Assembly (NCBI GenBank): GCA_002269645.1
Contig: NIVC01000491.1
Location: forward strand, 372,001-436,000
Reading direction: 5' to 3'
Length of the DNA: 64,000 nt
DNA from: Macrostomum lignano
Lineage: Eukaryota
In this document: positions 46,349 to 61,791 of the stretch, in pieces
How positions within the stretch are numbered: the first letter of the stretch is position 1
Layout of the letters: every line of letters begins with the position of its first letter
Notes under the pieces: model-generated
The model's database searches: none
The model's input: the letters and a program-made list of their open reading frames with translations, nothing else
What the model was told of the DNA's origin: nothing
Translations under genes and position numbers: made by a program

Positions 46349-47019
46349 TAATAATAACCCCACCATTAATATAGACAGTTGGTCGTGTAAACGAATGATT
46401 TGAAAGTTTAGTCTATGTTTTACAAAATGTCTCTATGAAAACTCATCTTCCTACTGACAGTAGAGTTTGCAAAAATCAGTTCTTTGAATAATGCGACATT
46501 TTCGTGAAAATATTTAAACTGCTATATTGGGCCTATGACAGATTTTTATTGAGAAACTATCGTCATTTCCACAGAGAAAGATAAACATGTGAAGCTTTCG
46601 TGAAGATTTCATCTTCATACTACGGGTGTCAAATTTTCCTGTATTTGACTGAACGTACGTGCATTTAGTCATAGTCGGGGGAGTGCTTCAACCATTTCTC
46701 AGGTTTAAATCGGCTGCCGCTTGCATATGTACATCACATGTAAATGAACATGTGGTAAATCTGATGAGGAACTATGCACAAATGCGCGAGTTGCCCCGGA
46801 AAGAGCTGAGATTGATAGATAATGAAAAATCAGTAGGAAAGAGAGAATGAGGCTGCGTGACCACCCACCCCATTATCCTGTCTTTCCGTTGCATGGCAGC
46901 ACGTAATTAAATGTGTCAAGTGTACAATTGATTCAATCGATTACTCGTTTATACGCAAAGCATCGAGAGAGTTTTTAATTGCATCCAAACTTTCTGACTA
47001 ATGCCTTCGTGTGTTCCAA

Positions 47020-49880
47020 AGAAGGAGACACTGATTCATAGGGTGTGTACATTGACAAATGCAATTACAGCACGCAGGGTAGGGTTGGCTTTGGTAGACG
47101 CGCGGATTTGCTTGGTTCGCATTGTTCATATATGCGCATCGAAATTTTTTTTCTTGCTAACTGCTTCTATGGGGATGTATAGATGACGTAATCAGAGATA
47201 GGGCTTTGGTTGGGGGAGGCTGGGTCCGTGCTGTGAAAAGATCTGCTTGCTTCGTCAAAATGTACATTGGGATTGAGAGAGAGGCCGGTCGAATTTCGTT
47301 GACAACTAGAAATGGAAAGGTTTGGTCAGAGAATAGGGGTGTATGTGTGTTTTGGCTTTATTCAAAATGGTCTGTGCTGCGAAGACGAGTCCATTGACCA
47401 TTGGGTGTTTGCTGTTTTGCCAATTCAGTATACTGAACCTGTTAAACTGATTGCCTCATGAGTCACTTTTCTGGGGTATGTGTAGGAGAGAGAGGCCTGA
47501 GAGAGACAAGGGCTCGATTTGGGTGAGTCCTCTGGCCCCATTCGTATTGGCTAATTTGGCGAATTGGCAAATCTACTTGCATGGGTTAAATTATTGAATA
47601 TGGTCAGAGTTGAAGAATTTGGAGGATGAATCAAGATGTAAAGTTGGCAAAAACAACACTGATTCACCACATCTAAAAGATGACTGCTAGGAGCTTCGGA
47701 AATAAGACTACTGTACACAGCAGCATCAACAAAAGGTATTAAATTGTCAATCAAAATCGACCCGTAGATGTGCTATTTTGCATGGTTCACAGTGTTCATA
47801 TGTGCATCGAAAAATTTTGTTTCTTGCTAACTGCTTCTATGGGGGAGGTGGATGACGTAATCGAGATAGGGTTTTGGTTGGAGGAGGCTCAATATATGAG
47901 TCTGTGCTGTGAAAATATCTGTTTGTACACTGAAACTGGAGAGGGAGGGTCGGAATTCCTTGACAGTTAGAAATGGTAAGGTCAGAGAGACAGGGACGAG
48001 TGGTTCTGTTCTACATGGGTCTGTGCTGTGAAGACGAGTCTAATGAACATTGTGTGTTGGCTGTTTTGCCAATTCAGTAATATACTAAACCTGTCAAACT
48101 GATTGCCGCATGAGTCACTTTTCTCGGTGGGTGCAGAAGGAGAGAGAGAGAGAGGTCTGGGAGGGACAGTTTAAATGTCAATCGAAATCAACGGGCCGCT
48201 TCGCCGACTGTATATGTTAAATTATTATAGCTATGTTTATAGCAAACTGTACGTTTTAACCCAATATTCAAGAATAATCCCTTCCCTGACTTCTTGAGGG
48301 GTATTACACGTACCAAATACATACATTTGAATGATGAAACAGCATTAAGTTGTAAAAATTATGGTTTCTGCTGATGAAGTGATTAATTTTGTTCAATAAA
48401 GTCTGCATTTTAACGTTAAAAAGAGTAAAAACTATGAAAATTGACCTTTTTAAAACGAAAATGTGCAATTTCTAGTAATTTAGCTTTCAATGAAAATGTC
48501 TTGGGTGGAATTCCAACTTGGGCCGGGGTGTGCATATGGAGATCAGTGTGTGACTCATTCCTGCTCGAAAGCTGTCTCTTGACAACTTTGAAATCAGCAT
48601 TTGGACAAATTAGCGGTTGAAATTATGGCTTTTGGGATGAAACTACTAAGTTTGACCAATACATTTCGCATTTTAACGTTAGAAAATAATAAAACTGTGA
48701 AAATTGTCATTTATTAAACGAAAGAATGAGCAATTCTAACAATTCAGCTTTAAAAAAACCCTGGCTTCAGTGGAATATTGGACTGGCTCGGGTAATCCGT
48801 GTGCGATTATAATTCCTGCTCAAAGCTGTCTCAGAGTTCCAGAAGTAGCATTTGTGATAATTTTGTGTTAAAATTGTGGTTTTTAGTGATGAATTACTGA
48901 TTTTGATCAATAAAGTCTGCATTTTAACGAAAAAATGCGTAAAAACTGTGAAAATTTGTGTTTTCTTATGAAAAAATGCTCATTTCTAGCAATTTAGTCT
49001 TCAACAGCCGTCTTTGGATGATTTTGGGCTGGCTTGTGTATGTTCGTGGGGGGTTCATTCCTGCTTAAAAGCGGTCTAAGGTCAAGTTGAAAGCGACATT
49101 TGGACAAATTAGCTGTTGAAAGTATAGTTTCTAGTGATGAAACCACTGATTTTGATCAACAAAGTCAGCATTTTAAGGTTAAAATCGTAAAAAAACTGCG
49201 AAAAGCTGCATTTTAATGAAAAAATGTGCATTTCTAGTCATTTAGCTTTCAAAATAACCAAATTTCTTGTTTGAAATTCCAACTTTACTTTGTATGGAGA
49301 GGTCAGTGCATGATTCATTCCTGCTTCTAACAGATTAAACCGTCTCAAAGACCAAGTCTGAAAGCTTGAAGTGAGAAGGCTGGGGAGGTGGAGAGGCAGA
49401 ATTGAATAGCCTCACGTATTTAAATTTGTGGACTTCACTACTTCTAGTATAACGCAAGGGTGACTTATACAATTTACAAAGTTTAGAATCAAGTAAATCA
49501 GAATTGCATGCGGTGGAGACACTGATTCATAGGCTGTGTACATTTACAAATGCAGCTGGGGTTTGTCAATGCAGGTAGAGGTTGGCGGACTCGGATTTGC
49601 TCGCGGGGTTGATGTGTGCATTAAAAGTTGGTTTCTTGCTAACTGGGGCGGCATGGATGACGTAATCGGAGAAGAGAGGGGTTTTGAAGTTTAATATATG
49701 GTCTGTGCTGTGGAAAGATCTGTCTGTACACTGAAAATGGAGAGAGGGTCGAAATTCCTTGGCATTTAGAAGGGGGGACAGAGAAAACAGGGGCGAGTGT
49801 TAAAATTTAGCTCGATTTGTTATGGGGTCTGCGCTGTGTCTGGTAAACATCGGAGGGGTGGCTGTTTTCGAACAGGGTTG
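47020..49880. repeat. Three diverged copies of a ~400-500-bp unit (~47020, ~47760, ~49515), flanking a ~260-bp degenerate tandem array (~48330-49330)
   Basis: Shared TTCTTGCTAACTG...GATGACGTAATC...GTCTGTGCTGTG motifs. In the inner array GCATTTTAACG...AAAACTGTGAAAATT recurs about 4 times. Confidence 0.6.
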
Positions 49881-51364
49881 AATTTGACTATGGTCCGAGT
49901 TAAAGGGTGATTCAACATTCAGTATAGGGGCTTCGAGGGGTGAGGATATACCGTAAAGCAGTAGCAGTTGATAATTACCAATTAAAGGTCTTGTATCATC
50001 CACACTGTCAATATAGAAATATAAAGCACTGCTTCAACACAGTCCTGCATTTGGGGTCTGACTTGGGGAGAGGCTTGGATGACGCAACCTCCACCCCATC
50101 GCTTGGCGAGAGTTTGTACAGGCCCGCCTCTATATGAAAGTATGTGTATTTTATAAGTGATTTCGAATAAATTATCAGCATATTCAAACCTACATTCTCC
50201 GAGGGTGAAAATGTACACACCTAATTTTTGGGGTATGTAGCGGATATGAGTATAGAGGCTATCGATGTACATATAGACTCCGACCCGTATTATTCAAATC
50301 TGTCTCTGAGAATGTACATTGGAAATATACATTACGATGTGAGCTATACAATTAGTTGACTCATTTGGATGAGATTGTACATGTAGTAGGGTTTCGAGTT
50401 GTAATTTTGGTGCGCGCGTGGGACGTCTGGGGATGACACTGTAGATTAATGTGAGTGTAGATATAGAATTGGAGATAGACATGGACATTTGAGATATGGA
50501 TTAATGTACATGGAATTAATGTACATATCCAATTTGAGATAGATGGGGATTAATGTACATGGAATTAATGTACATATATGAACACATGGATTATTACAAC
50601 TACATATTGCCATATCACGCTTAGGATAGCGTTTTTGTATACTACTTACTTCATTTTCAGATAGTAGTATAATTTGCGTTTTTGCGTCAGAATTCTGAAA
50701 ATCAACCACAATCTGCACGATACGTAGTGTTATCTTATATTTTCATAATGAGTTACTTTATGAATTACTTTATGTTACTTTAGTAACTGTAGCGTATGCG
50801 TTTGTTCTACGTGTTTATATGCCTTTTATAAATTAATTATGCAAAGTACCAGTGTCTACCCTTGGTGCGTACCAAGCAGCAGCTTTACGAGTTCGCCTGG
50901 TGGCCGTGGATTAATTCCGGGGGAGGGTAAGAAAGCGGTTTGTAGAATCTTCGTTGGGGTTACTTGTGTCCAAACGGTCTCTTTAGACACCGAAGTATAT
51001 AATTAATTCTGCAAGTCGATAAACCAATGATAATAGCGTGAAGCTGCCACGCCCTGCATGCACGGTACTGCAGGTATAAAAACATACTCAGGGGTGTCGG
51101 AACCGAAGGGGCATGGGGGGGGGGCTGGAGCCCCCCCACCACTTTTAGCATGATCCTGCAAGTGCCCTTTTTGAATTTTAAACAAGTGTTGGCCGGTTTT
51201 GGGCTTTAGCTTTTCTCGAGTTTCGGGAGCAAGGGTACAAGCAGGAGCGAGAGGGCACCGTTGCTATCCACACACTAGAGGAGATCAATGTAAATGTAAG
51301 AATAAAGAATGTACATTCCATTACAGTTTTTTTCTAAATGTGCCTAAGCCTAGTGCTTTTAGTG

Positions 51365-52040
51365 CAGGGGTGGGCAAACTTTTAACCTCAAGGGCCAGAT
51401 TGAGAACCAAGCTCATGATGCCCTTCTGGGTCCGCTTCGCTGCCATGCAGCCGCTGCATGGGCCCCATAAGAAGCGGACCCAGGAGTCCTGATGACTGCG
51501 GGCCAGAGGAGGGAGAGAGGGTAAGGAATAGAAAAGAGAAATACGAGCATTTAGGAGAAAGGAGAGGCGAATGAATAAAGGAGAAGAGAGTGTATGAGAG
51601 GAGAGATGAAAAGGAGAGACAGGAGAAGGGAGATAAATGAGGAGAGGAGAGAGGAGGGAAGGGAGAAGAGAATGGAGAGGAAAAGGGAGATGAGAGGAGA
51701 CGAAAGAGGTGAGCAGCTAAGAGAGGTGAGGAGATGAGAGGAGAAAGGTATAGAGTTAGAGAGAGAAGAGAGGTCACGGCGTGTTAAATTTTTTTGAATA
51801 AAGGCTACCGCGGTTTCAAGCCTCTAGGCTCTTCATCAGGCCAAAAAATTCCAAATTTGTCAGGAGAGAGGAGAGGAGAGGAGAGGACAAGAGAGAATAT
51901 GAGAAGAGAGATGTGAGAGAGAAGAGATCTAAGAAGAGACACAAACATAGAGTGGGCTGGATTGCTATTGTGAAGATTCAAAGGACCCAAGGGCCCGATA
52001 GAGAGACTTGCGGGCCGACCTGGAAGTTTGCCGACCCCTA
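51365..52040. mobile_element. hAT (Charlie-like) MITE filled with GA-rich simple sequence
   Basis: TIRs CAGGGGTGGGCAAACT and AGTTTGCCGACCCCTA match 14/16. No TSD recognised. Confidence 0.65.
51801..51845 (-). ncRNA. Minimal type I hammerhead ribozyme motif
   Basis: Minus strand GGC-CTGATGA-A-GAGCC(TAGA)GGCTT-GAAA-CCGCGG-TA-GCC: conserved core, stem II, palindromic stem III (ACCGCGGT), GUA cleavage triplet and a 3-bp stem I. Confidence 0.72.
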
Positions 52041-52454
52041 TAGTTTAGTATTTAGCTTTTTTTAATTTGGCGTCTCTGATCGAAATCCCAAGCTGAATTA
52101 AACCGCTGCTGGCGCTGCAACCAAAATCACTAAAATGCTGTCAGCTAAAACAATAGAGAAACTGAAGGAGGCAGCCAAGAGATCCAGAAAATTACTGATC
52201 TTGCCCTTGCAAATTTCATTCATTGAGATATTTACTAAATTATAAATTAATTGATTAGTTCAGTACAGTAGCGCATGTTTGAATCAGTTGAAAATTCGTG
52301 CATTTTCAGACTTTAGCTATACTCAGCAACAGTTAAAAGTTCCACCCTCCAAATTTCGAAAACTTCACTCACAATTCAACCCTCAAGTTACGCAACTAAG
52401 CCGCCGCGAGGAAGGGAAAGTTGATTGACTATCAATACTCGTAGTAAAATCGTA

Positions 52455-52880
52455 CATTTTTTATGCAATATTCAGTTAGAATCGCGATGCGTGTGGGATC
52501 CCCTCACACGCAGAAGTGCGACGACTCTGCGGGGCATCCCAAGGATGAGGCAGCGCAGAAAGTCCTGAGGGAGCTGCTCCGAAGCGTTTTCAATGGCATG
52601 ACGTAGAGCTCTCCGCAACATTGTCGGCTGATTTTCCATGCAGGAATGGCATTCTTGCACTCTTTTGCGTGCAGAAATGGATGTCTATGGTAAAATCTCA
52701 CTGAAAAAGCATTAGGCGCAAAAAGTATTCTCTTTTCGAATGCTACGTTTTAGGAAGTCCCAGACATGCTCGATGGGATTCATGTCTGGGGACCGGGAAG
52801 GCCAGCGCAGAGTGCGCAGCTGTAGCTGTTCCTTCAGTTGACTAACAGCATCGGCTTGGTGTGGCGGGGCGTTGTTCCTG
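52455..52880 (-). pseudogene. Tc1 transposase C-terminal fragment
   Basis: NNAPPHQ...WPSRSPDMNPIEHVWDFLKR, then in another frame GMPRRVVALLRVRGSHT. Confidence 0.85.
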
Positions 52881-54642
52881 GGCTTGGGTCTGCTTAATGT
52901 CCAGGCCTGGACCATTAAGCAGACCCAAGCCACCCCCAAGCGGCAATAAGCTTTGCGTCACTCGCAATAAGTGAAAAAATCATCTCGCTTAGTGGGGTGG
53001 AACATTTGACTGTTGCTGAGTATACTTCCAACACATGGCTTATAGAATATTGGCCTGGTTGTCAGAATGTCACAAATTGACATAACAACAGGAGTTGGGG
53101 TGCCCTCAGATTAAAAAAAAAATTATGTGCAATGTGCCCTCTCACAATAGCCCCCCCCCACTTTGAAATATGTTTCGACACCGCTTGCACATACACGGGG
53201 ATCGCCTCCTAAAACTTTCCAATAACGTAATTTCCCATTCTTCTATTTTAGTAGTCCTTGATCATTGAATAATAGCGTCGGAACTTCGAGACGTCTCTTC
53301 GATTTGATTTTCGATTGAGTGGGCGGTGCGTGCGAGACGAACCAAAACCGCAGAAAAGGAATAATTACAATTATAACTTAACCTTAATGCAAATACATGT
53401 ATAGTATATAACATGTAATTGGCCCGTAAATACTGCAGGGTTATTGTAGCATTAAAAGGGGGGATTAGTATAGTTCCATGATCTAGACCAACGGCTGGTC
53501 CAGATTCTGTAAGAGGCCAAAATGACACGATTTATCCGGGACCATCCGCTGGACAACAAGGAGCACAATTAAAACACGAAATTCCAACGGGTGGACCCCA
53601 CCCTTTAACAAAAATCAAGTTGACAGTGTTAGTCCCCACTAACGCTTTTTTAGTTTCCCACTAATTTGCAAATTGAAGAAGAAAAAATCTACGAAAAATA
53701 CGAACTCAGTATCAAGTATGGACTTTGGCTACACATGGCCAGCGTACAGCAATTCAACGTCGGCAATATCGGCCGACGTTTCCGATGCACCAACGACGTC
53801 GGTAAATTGATGTACTGTAAAAGTATTACTACATACTAGCAAACTATCTTGGACCCGTTGACCTTATTCTTTCTAACAATTAAACAATTAGGTAAATCTG
53901 GCTGTCTGTTTAATGGCAAGAAATCCCAGTTGTACATATGTAGCCATAGCAACTCTGGGGATCCCATCGTTAAACACCGCTAGTCCCTTAAAAGTGGGCC
54001 GGATCACCATGGGGGTTATTCCGAATACCCTAAATCGACGACCCCCTCCGTTATTCACTAAATATATCTCGACATCTAGAGGTCGAAAAATAACATTTGA
54101 AAGGTCTTCTTTTGAGTGGCTTTAAGGCATAAATCCGCATGCATAGTGTTATAGGTAAGTTACATCCGGAATATTGAAGAGCAGCTCTTCGTGGATTACT
54201 GCACCTGCACCTGTTCAATTCATTTTCTGTGCGTGCTGAATCCACAAGAGGAAGCTTTGCTAGTCGGTTCATTTTTTACTGAATAATTGGCTCCCTTTCT
54301 GCAGCCAAAAAGCAGTTCTCAAAAGACACAATAGACCAATGGCTTATATGTGCCACTTAAGATGAAATCGGATATTGCCGATTTACGCACACTTCAGCAA
54401 TGGACCAATATATTTTGATCGAAGGTCAGTCCTACCTGACAACTGAGTGAGCACTGCTGCACCTTCAACTGTGCTAATTGATGCATGAACCCTATGATTG
54501 ACTGACTGGTGCCACCGTGAATTCAATGCTTTAGACTTAAAACTGGTCGTCCTAAGTGAATGATATAGAGTTTTTCCCATAATACCAACTTTTGCCACCT
54601 CCTGACCCGACAAAGAGACGGGGAAGGGCCGCTAATAACTCG

Positions 54643-55993
<1,351 letters not shown>

Positions 55994-56525
55994 GGTATCT
56001 AATTTAACGCACTTATTCTTCCCAGATTCTAAAGTGTTTGCTAAAGTCTGCTTTCTATGTTGTGAAATTTAGACATGGTGGAGAAAATGATTATTATTAA
56101 ATTGTAAACTGTAGCAAGTTTTTAGTCTGTGGACTACCAACCCACAAACAACCCATTTTTAGTATATAGGAAGTGCTTGTTTTCCTACGTGAACTGTCTA
56201 GTCTTTAGACTTAAAGCCATATTGACACTCATACATCAAATCACAGCCCCCCTCTCTCTGGATTGACGCAAACTAAATAACATTCAGCAAAAATCATGCC
56301 TGGCATGAATTGCCTATCTATGCATAGTCTGCATAGATTTTGTAAGGAAAATAACTGGAGCGAGCGCACGTTGATTTTTATTACCAGCCGATGGAATACG
56401 CGATCTGTAGAGCGGGGAGCTTGCCCATAGTCGTTGGGAATAGTTGTTCACACAAAAACAAGTTCAACCGAAACAATGCTGTTTTGTTAAAATTCTGAAT
56501 GTAGACCAGCTGCAGAGCGTGAGAG

Positions 56526-56742
<217 letters not shown>

Positions 56743-57557
56743 GTTTCTCCACTTAGTGAATACAGTAGCAGACATGTGGAGACTCTCAACAGTGCAAGAT
56801 ATTTTGCAAAAGGACGCTTTTATCTCTCATGGTTTATGCCCGTATTATCCCATAGGTTTAATTGTGCCCACTAGGAAATCAATAGCAGCTTCAGTATATG
56901 AGCTTGAGTAGCAATGCATTGAATTCGCAGTTACTTGTATAACCTAAACTATAATTTTACCATTGCTCCAATTTGAAGCCTGGAAGCATTCAGCAATCGC
57001 GAGTAGGGGAAGAGCAGAAGACGAATTCAGAGTAAAAGTAAATACACCCGATGATCTGGCAGTGACAGCGAGAGTGAGTTGTTACTGGCTATAGATACGG
57101 GCTTACTCCTGGCATAGCAGTGCCTGTGCAGGCTTCCATTTCCTTCTCTCTAAATAAACGATTCCGTATCTTTAGCAGCGGATAATGAGAAACTGTAACC
57201 CGGGCCCTCGGCCTTTAGGATAGGTGATGAAGCCTGAACGACTAGCCCCAATGCAGTTAGGGAAACTGGATCGAGCTTTGGGCGATCCCGTCTAGAGCAG
57301 TCGAAATGAAATTAAATTTTGCTTAGCCTGGACTATCGCATTTCGAACTCCTTCACCATTCGCGGGTCCAAGAGATCGTGTTTTACTCGTACTACGACTA
57401 CATTAGTACTCGCGTACTTGAGTGTGCTCACGGACATTGGTTTGTGTGAGCTGTTATAATTCGGGCGACCTTGTTTTCCCTGCCCTGAAGTTTGCTGATC
57501 CCAGCTCCGAAGCGCATTTAACCTTGCCAAGAGTCCTTTGCTCTTAGATGTGGCTAC

Positions 57558-58327
57558 CCCTGCCTGAAGTGTCTACCATTACCCTGAAGTGCCTACCTCT
57601 GCACTAAAGTGTCTGTCCTTGCCGTTTAATGTCTTTCCTTGCCCTGAAGTGCAGGCCCTTGCCCTGAAGTGTCTCTCTTTGCCCTGAAGGGTCTCTCTTT
57701 GCCCTGAAGTGTCTCTCTTTGTCCTGAAGTTCCTTTCCTTGGCCTGAAGTGTCTCTCTTTGTCCTGAATTGTCTTCCTTTTCCCTGAAGTGTCTCTCTTC
57801 GCCCTGAAGTGTCTCTCATTGCCCTGGAGTGTCTCTTTGCCTTGAAGTGTCTACTCTTTGCCCTGAAGTGTCTATACAATTACCCTGAAGTGTCTATACA
57901 ATTACCCTGAAGTGTCTATACAATTACCCTGAAGTGTCTATACAATTACCCTGAAGTGTCTACTCTTTGCCTTGAAGTGTCTATACAATTACCCTGAAGT
58001 GTCTATACAATTACCCTGAAGTGTCTATACAATTACCCTGAAGTGTCTATACAATTACCCTGAAGTGTCTACTCTTTGCCTTGAAGTGTCTATACAATTA
58101 CCCTGAAGTGTCTACTCTTTGCCTTGAAGTGTCTATACAATTACCCTGAAGTGTCTATACAATTACCCTGAAGTGTCTATACAATTACCCTGAAGTGTCT
58201 ATACAATTACCCTGAAGTGTCTACTCTTTGCCTTGAAGTGTCTATACAATTACCCTGAAGTGTCTACTCTTTGCCTTGAAGTGTCTATACAATTACCCTG
58301 AAGTGTCTACCCTTGCCCTGAAGTCTC
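57558..58327. repeat. 21/22-bp minisatellite (CCCTGAAGTGTCT-CTCTTTG / -ATACAATTA)
   Basis: Variable 21-bp units on the left grade into homogeneous 22-bp units alternating with 21-bp units. Confidence 0.97.
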
Positions 58328-59670
58328 TACGGATACATTTGATCATTGCATTTCTGAAGCAAACATTTGTGAGTCATGGCACTCAAATAAACAAATATTC
58401 CAAAGTTCCGAAGGGATTTACTTTATTGCACAAAACAGAAAAATACACACAAATATATTTTATATTCTTTCGGGGCAAAAGGCGCAAAATACAAACTTTA
58501 AATGGCGGCTATTCATGTGCAGAATATTGAATATTATTGAAGACAAATGTACAGTATTTTAGACTTTTTATTCAAAAAATTCATAAAGCTTCTAAAACAG
58601 GAAATTATACGAAAAATATCAGTTATTTCTTAGACAGAAATCCAAAGACAAAACGTAAATTAGGTGTTGCACAGGTGTAGCAGTATTGGTTCAATGACAA
58701 CACAAATGCACGAGAACAAGCCACTTTCAACATATTTTAATAGGAACAGTCAAAAATAGATTTTTTTGCAGTAAATTTTGTTAAATCGAAGCGATTCTTA
58801 TAAGATTCAACAACAACGGGGAAGAGAAAATATCTGTCAATCACTAAGTTCTCTGTAAACTGGCAAAAGATGCAACGGCAAGATTCGCCGTCAGTTTTCT
58901 GGTGAATGTAAAATCATCAGCCAAGTTGATCGTGAAGCCAAACAAAGTTGAGAATTGTTATTTGAAAGCTGTAGATTCGGTCTTGCCCAATAGACATCAG
59001 CACAAAGAAGAATGTCATAGCAAGATTCTCAACTTGGTTGGCCCACAGATTCTATATAGTTACGCTAAGATGGGCCACTCCCCCTTTCTGCATAAAGGCA
59101 CTTTGTCTATGGTTGGACTCGATTCTAGACAGTAAGCAAAGGGACAGCTTTTGGGTTGGTCTAACTTAGCTGGCAAAAGCAACACTTGTGCAAGACCATA
59201 GACAATTTAAAGTAGAAGGACGCCTCAAATAACATATTACCAACCGAATTTACGAAAAAAATACTTTTGCTGCTAATGGCAACCTACGGAGAGGTTTGGC
59301 TAACGGCGAATCCCCAAATTGATGCTTAATTAGGCCCGCCAACCGTAGATTGGAAAATACACCAGAAACACCTTTCAGGTAACAGCTAGTGAGAAACTGC
59401 TCACTAGTGGGGTGACGTCCATTCTCCGGCTACCCGCGTGGCTCCTGATCCTCAGGCAGTGAGGCATCTTCTAATGGTTCTAATGTTTCCAGGTGTAATC
59501 TTTCTATTAAAATAATTGTCTTGAAGAAACTTGCGATGACAACCTTCTTATGCATGTAATCACGCTAATGCATTGTTGCCGCAGAAATCAGGACTTTCTT
59601 GAGAGTGTAAATATAGCGTCCAGTTCTAGCGAGTACTTTAGCTGTTGTCACCTTCCTGTCTACTCACTCT

Positions 59671-61726
59671 CTATCTGGGCTGCTCGCGCATGACAGTCAG
59701 GTAGTGACCGGTCGAACTGGGTGGCAATCTGAGGTAGCCACGAGAGCTGGTCGGTGGTTGCTGCTGATGAGCCCACTGCTGCTGCTGCTGATGCTGATAG
59801 TACAGCTGCTGAGACGGCGGAGTGTCAACGTTGTAGCTGCGACTTCGCTGACTCATCGGAGAAGCCCGACCACCCGACGGTGGCCGGTAGTCCGTGCGGT
59901 CTGTCTCAAATCTCTTCAACCGACCGTGCAGATGTTGCTGCGTCTGCAACTGCGGTTGCTCATCCTGCTCGTCCACTTTCAAGAACTCGTTGAAAATAGC
60001 ATTGGTGCGCTCGTCAATGCTGTAGTCGCGTTGAAGACGCGGACTTTGACGCCGCTGCGGCTGCTGCTGGTGCATTTCACCTTGGTTGAAAAATTTATCA
60101 AAGACCGCAGCCTTGCTGTCACCGCCATCGTCTAGATGTGCTTCGATTTCCATTCGGAGCTGCTCTTCTTCGTTGTCAAGCTCCAGAGGATGATGGCGCG
60201 GCTGCGGCTGCGGCGGCGGCTGCGGCTGCGGGCTGAACCGGCGTCGGTCCTCGCTGAACTTCCGTCGTCTGGCTGACGCTCTGGAATCCGGCGACACTGC
60301 CGGGTCAGCCTGGGTCACGATTAGCGTTGGCGACCTCTGGCACTGCTGCTGCCGCTTGGCCTGCTGCTGGCTTTTCACCAAGGCGGGCTTCGCTGGCAGG
60401 GACCTCTGCCGCTGCTGCTGCTGCAGGTGCTGCGGTGACAGCGAGACGGCTCCTGGCGGCAACAGTGGCGAGTTCTGCTTCTCAACCAGCGGATGCTGGC
60501 ACAACTGGCTTTGCTGGGGGGTCTGCCTAGGCGACGACGGTAGTCGAAGAGAATGCTGGCCGATCAAAACGGTTGGCAGGGTTTTTCCGGCTCCGATGAC
60601 GCCGCTAGCGCCTTGAGACTCCACGCTCTTGTAGCCGGAGTCCCGCTGCATCTGCTGCAGCTTCCGGCTGCCGCTGCTGGAACCGCCGCCGCCTCCGCCG
60701 CCGCCTGCGCCGCCTCCAGTTGAATCCGTGTGCGAGTCGGCGCCAGTTGATGACTCAAAACTAGTCGTAGTGTTGTGACCCGGCCCGCTAGAGTTGGACC
60801 GCGAGGTCGGCTCCACCTCCGGATCGGTTGTCGCCGTCTCGAAGCTGTCCAGACTCGTCTCGCCGCTTGCGTTGGCCTTCTGGCTGCGCCGAGCGAGGCC
60901 GGCCTGCCGAAAATGCTGACGTCGCGTCTCGGTCTCCGGTGCGATCGCGGCCTCCGCTGCTACAGCTGCTGGCTCGCCGCCGCCGGCCGCCGCTTCGAAG
61001 CTGCAGCGCAGGCGCCAGAGTTGTCGAGGATCGCGTCCTGTTGTGTCAGACACCGCAGCAACCAGTGGAAGCCGCATTCGATGGTGATGCAGCTGCTGCT
61101 GCTGCTGCTGCCAGCCGACGCCCAACGGCCCCGGAGGAGCCTCCTGGTAGTAAACTGGCAAGTAGCGCCGCTGCTGAGCAAAATAGCTGCCCGCTCCGAT
61201 GAGCTCGTCATCCGGGATCTCGTCCAGCATTAGCTGATTATCCTGGACCTCCTCCAGACTGCCAGTGTCGTTATATCGCACTACACTTGGCGGGCTGTCA
61301 CGCCGCTCCTTGGCTTTGGGATTCTCGATGCACTCAGCGTCGAAACTGAACGCCTTTCGGCTGTTTGGTGAATTACTGGGCGCGGCCAGCAGCGACGCAG
61401 AAGGATGACGGCCAGCTTGCTGCTGCTGCTGTGGAGAAGACAAAGACGCAGTTCGCTCCGAAGTGGCTCTCGGTACGCCAGCTCGACGACTTCGACCGAC
61501 GACGACGTTGTACTGCTCGGTCGATGGTCCGGGATGAAGCGGCAGCGGCGAAGTCGACGTCGACGACATGTTGGCGACCAGGGTTGGGGTCGGCGTCGGC
61601 GTCTGGGTAGGCGTCGGAGTCGATGTTGGACGTTGATGCGGCGCCGGAAGCTGCTCTGTGACGCCGCGCGACGGAAATCGAGGCGACAGCCGATAGCGCG
61701 GCTGCGACAACTGCTGGCGAGCGCTG
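59671..61726 (-). CDS. CBARP: Terminal coding exon of a CBARP/BARP-like gene (voltage-gated Ca channel beta subunit-associated regulatory protein)
   Basis: ~685-codon open frame after a CCTTGCAG acceptor. Three motifs occur in the same order as vertebrate CBARP as recalled: RQLWRLRCSFE (YRDLWSLRASLE), QMQRDSGYKSVE (LQMDSGYASIE) and RDYSIDERTNAIFNEFLK (RDYSIDEKTDALFHEFLR). Upstream exons were not found in the window. Confidence 0.78.
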
Positions 61727-61791
61727 CTGCAAGGGTTCGAAAATGTCAAATAAATGATTTATTCGTTTACATGTATACTATTTTAGTCGGG

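Larger units (their letters stand above)
51089..53187. mobile_element. hAT-type MITE expanded by nested insertions
   Basis: Ends CAGGGGTGTCGGAAC and GTTTCGACACCGCTTG, with G/C-run subterminal motifs and an imperfect 8-bp TSD AACATACT/CACATACA (6/8). Confidence 0.5.

Noticed and set aside
57170-57330. Structured GC-rich segment with GTGATGA and GAAAC, a possible hammerhead or HDV-like ribozyme
   Set aside because: The core is not canonical and the required stems could not be paired.
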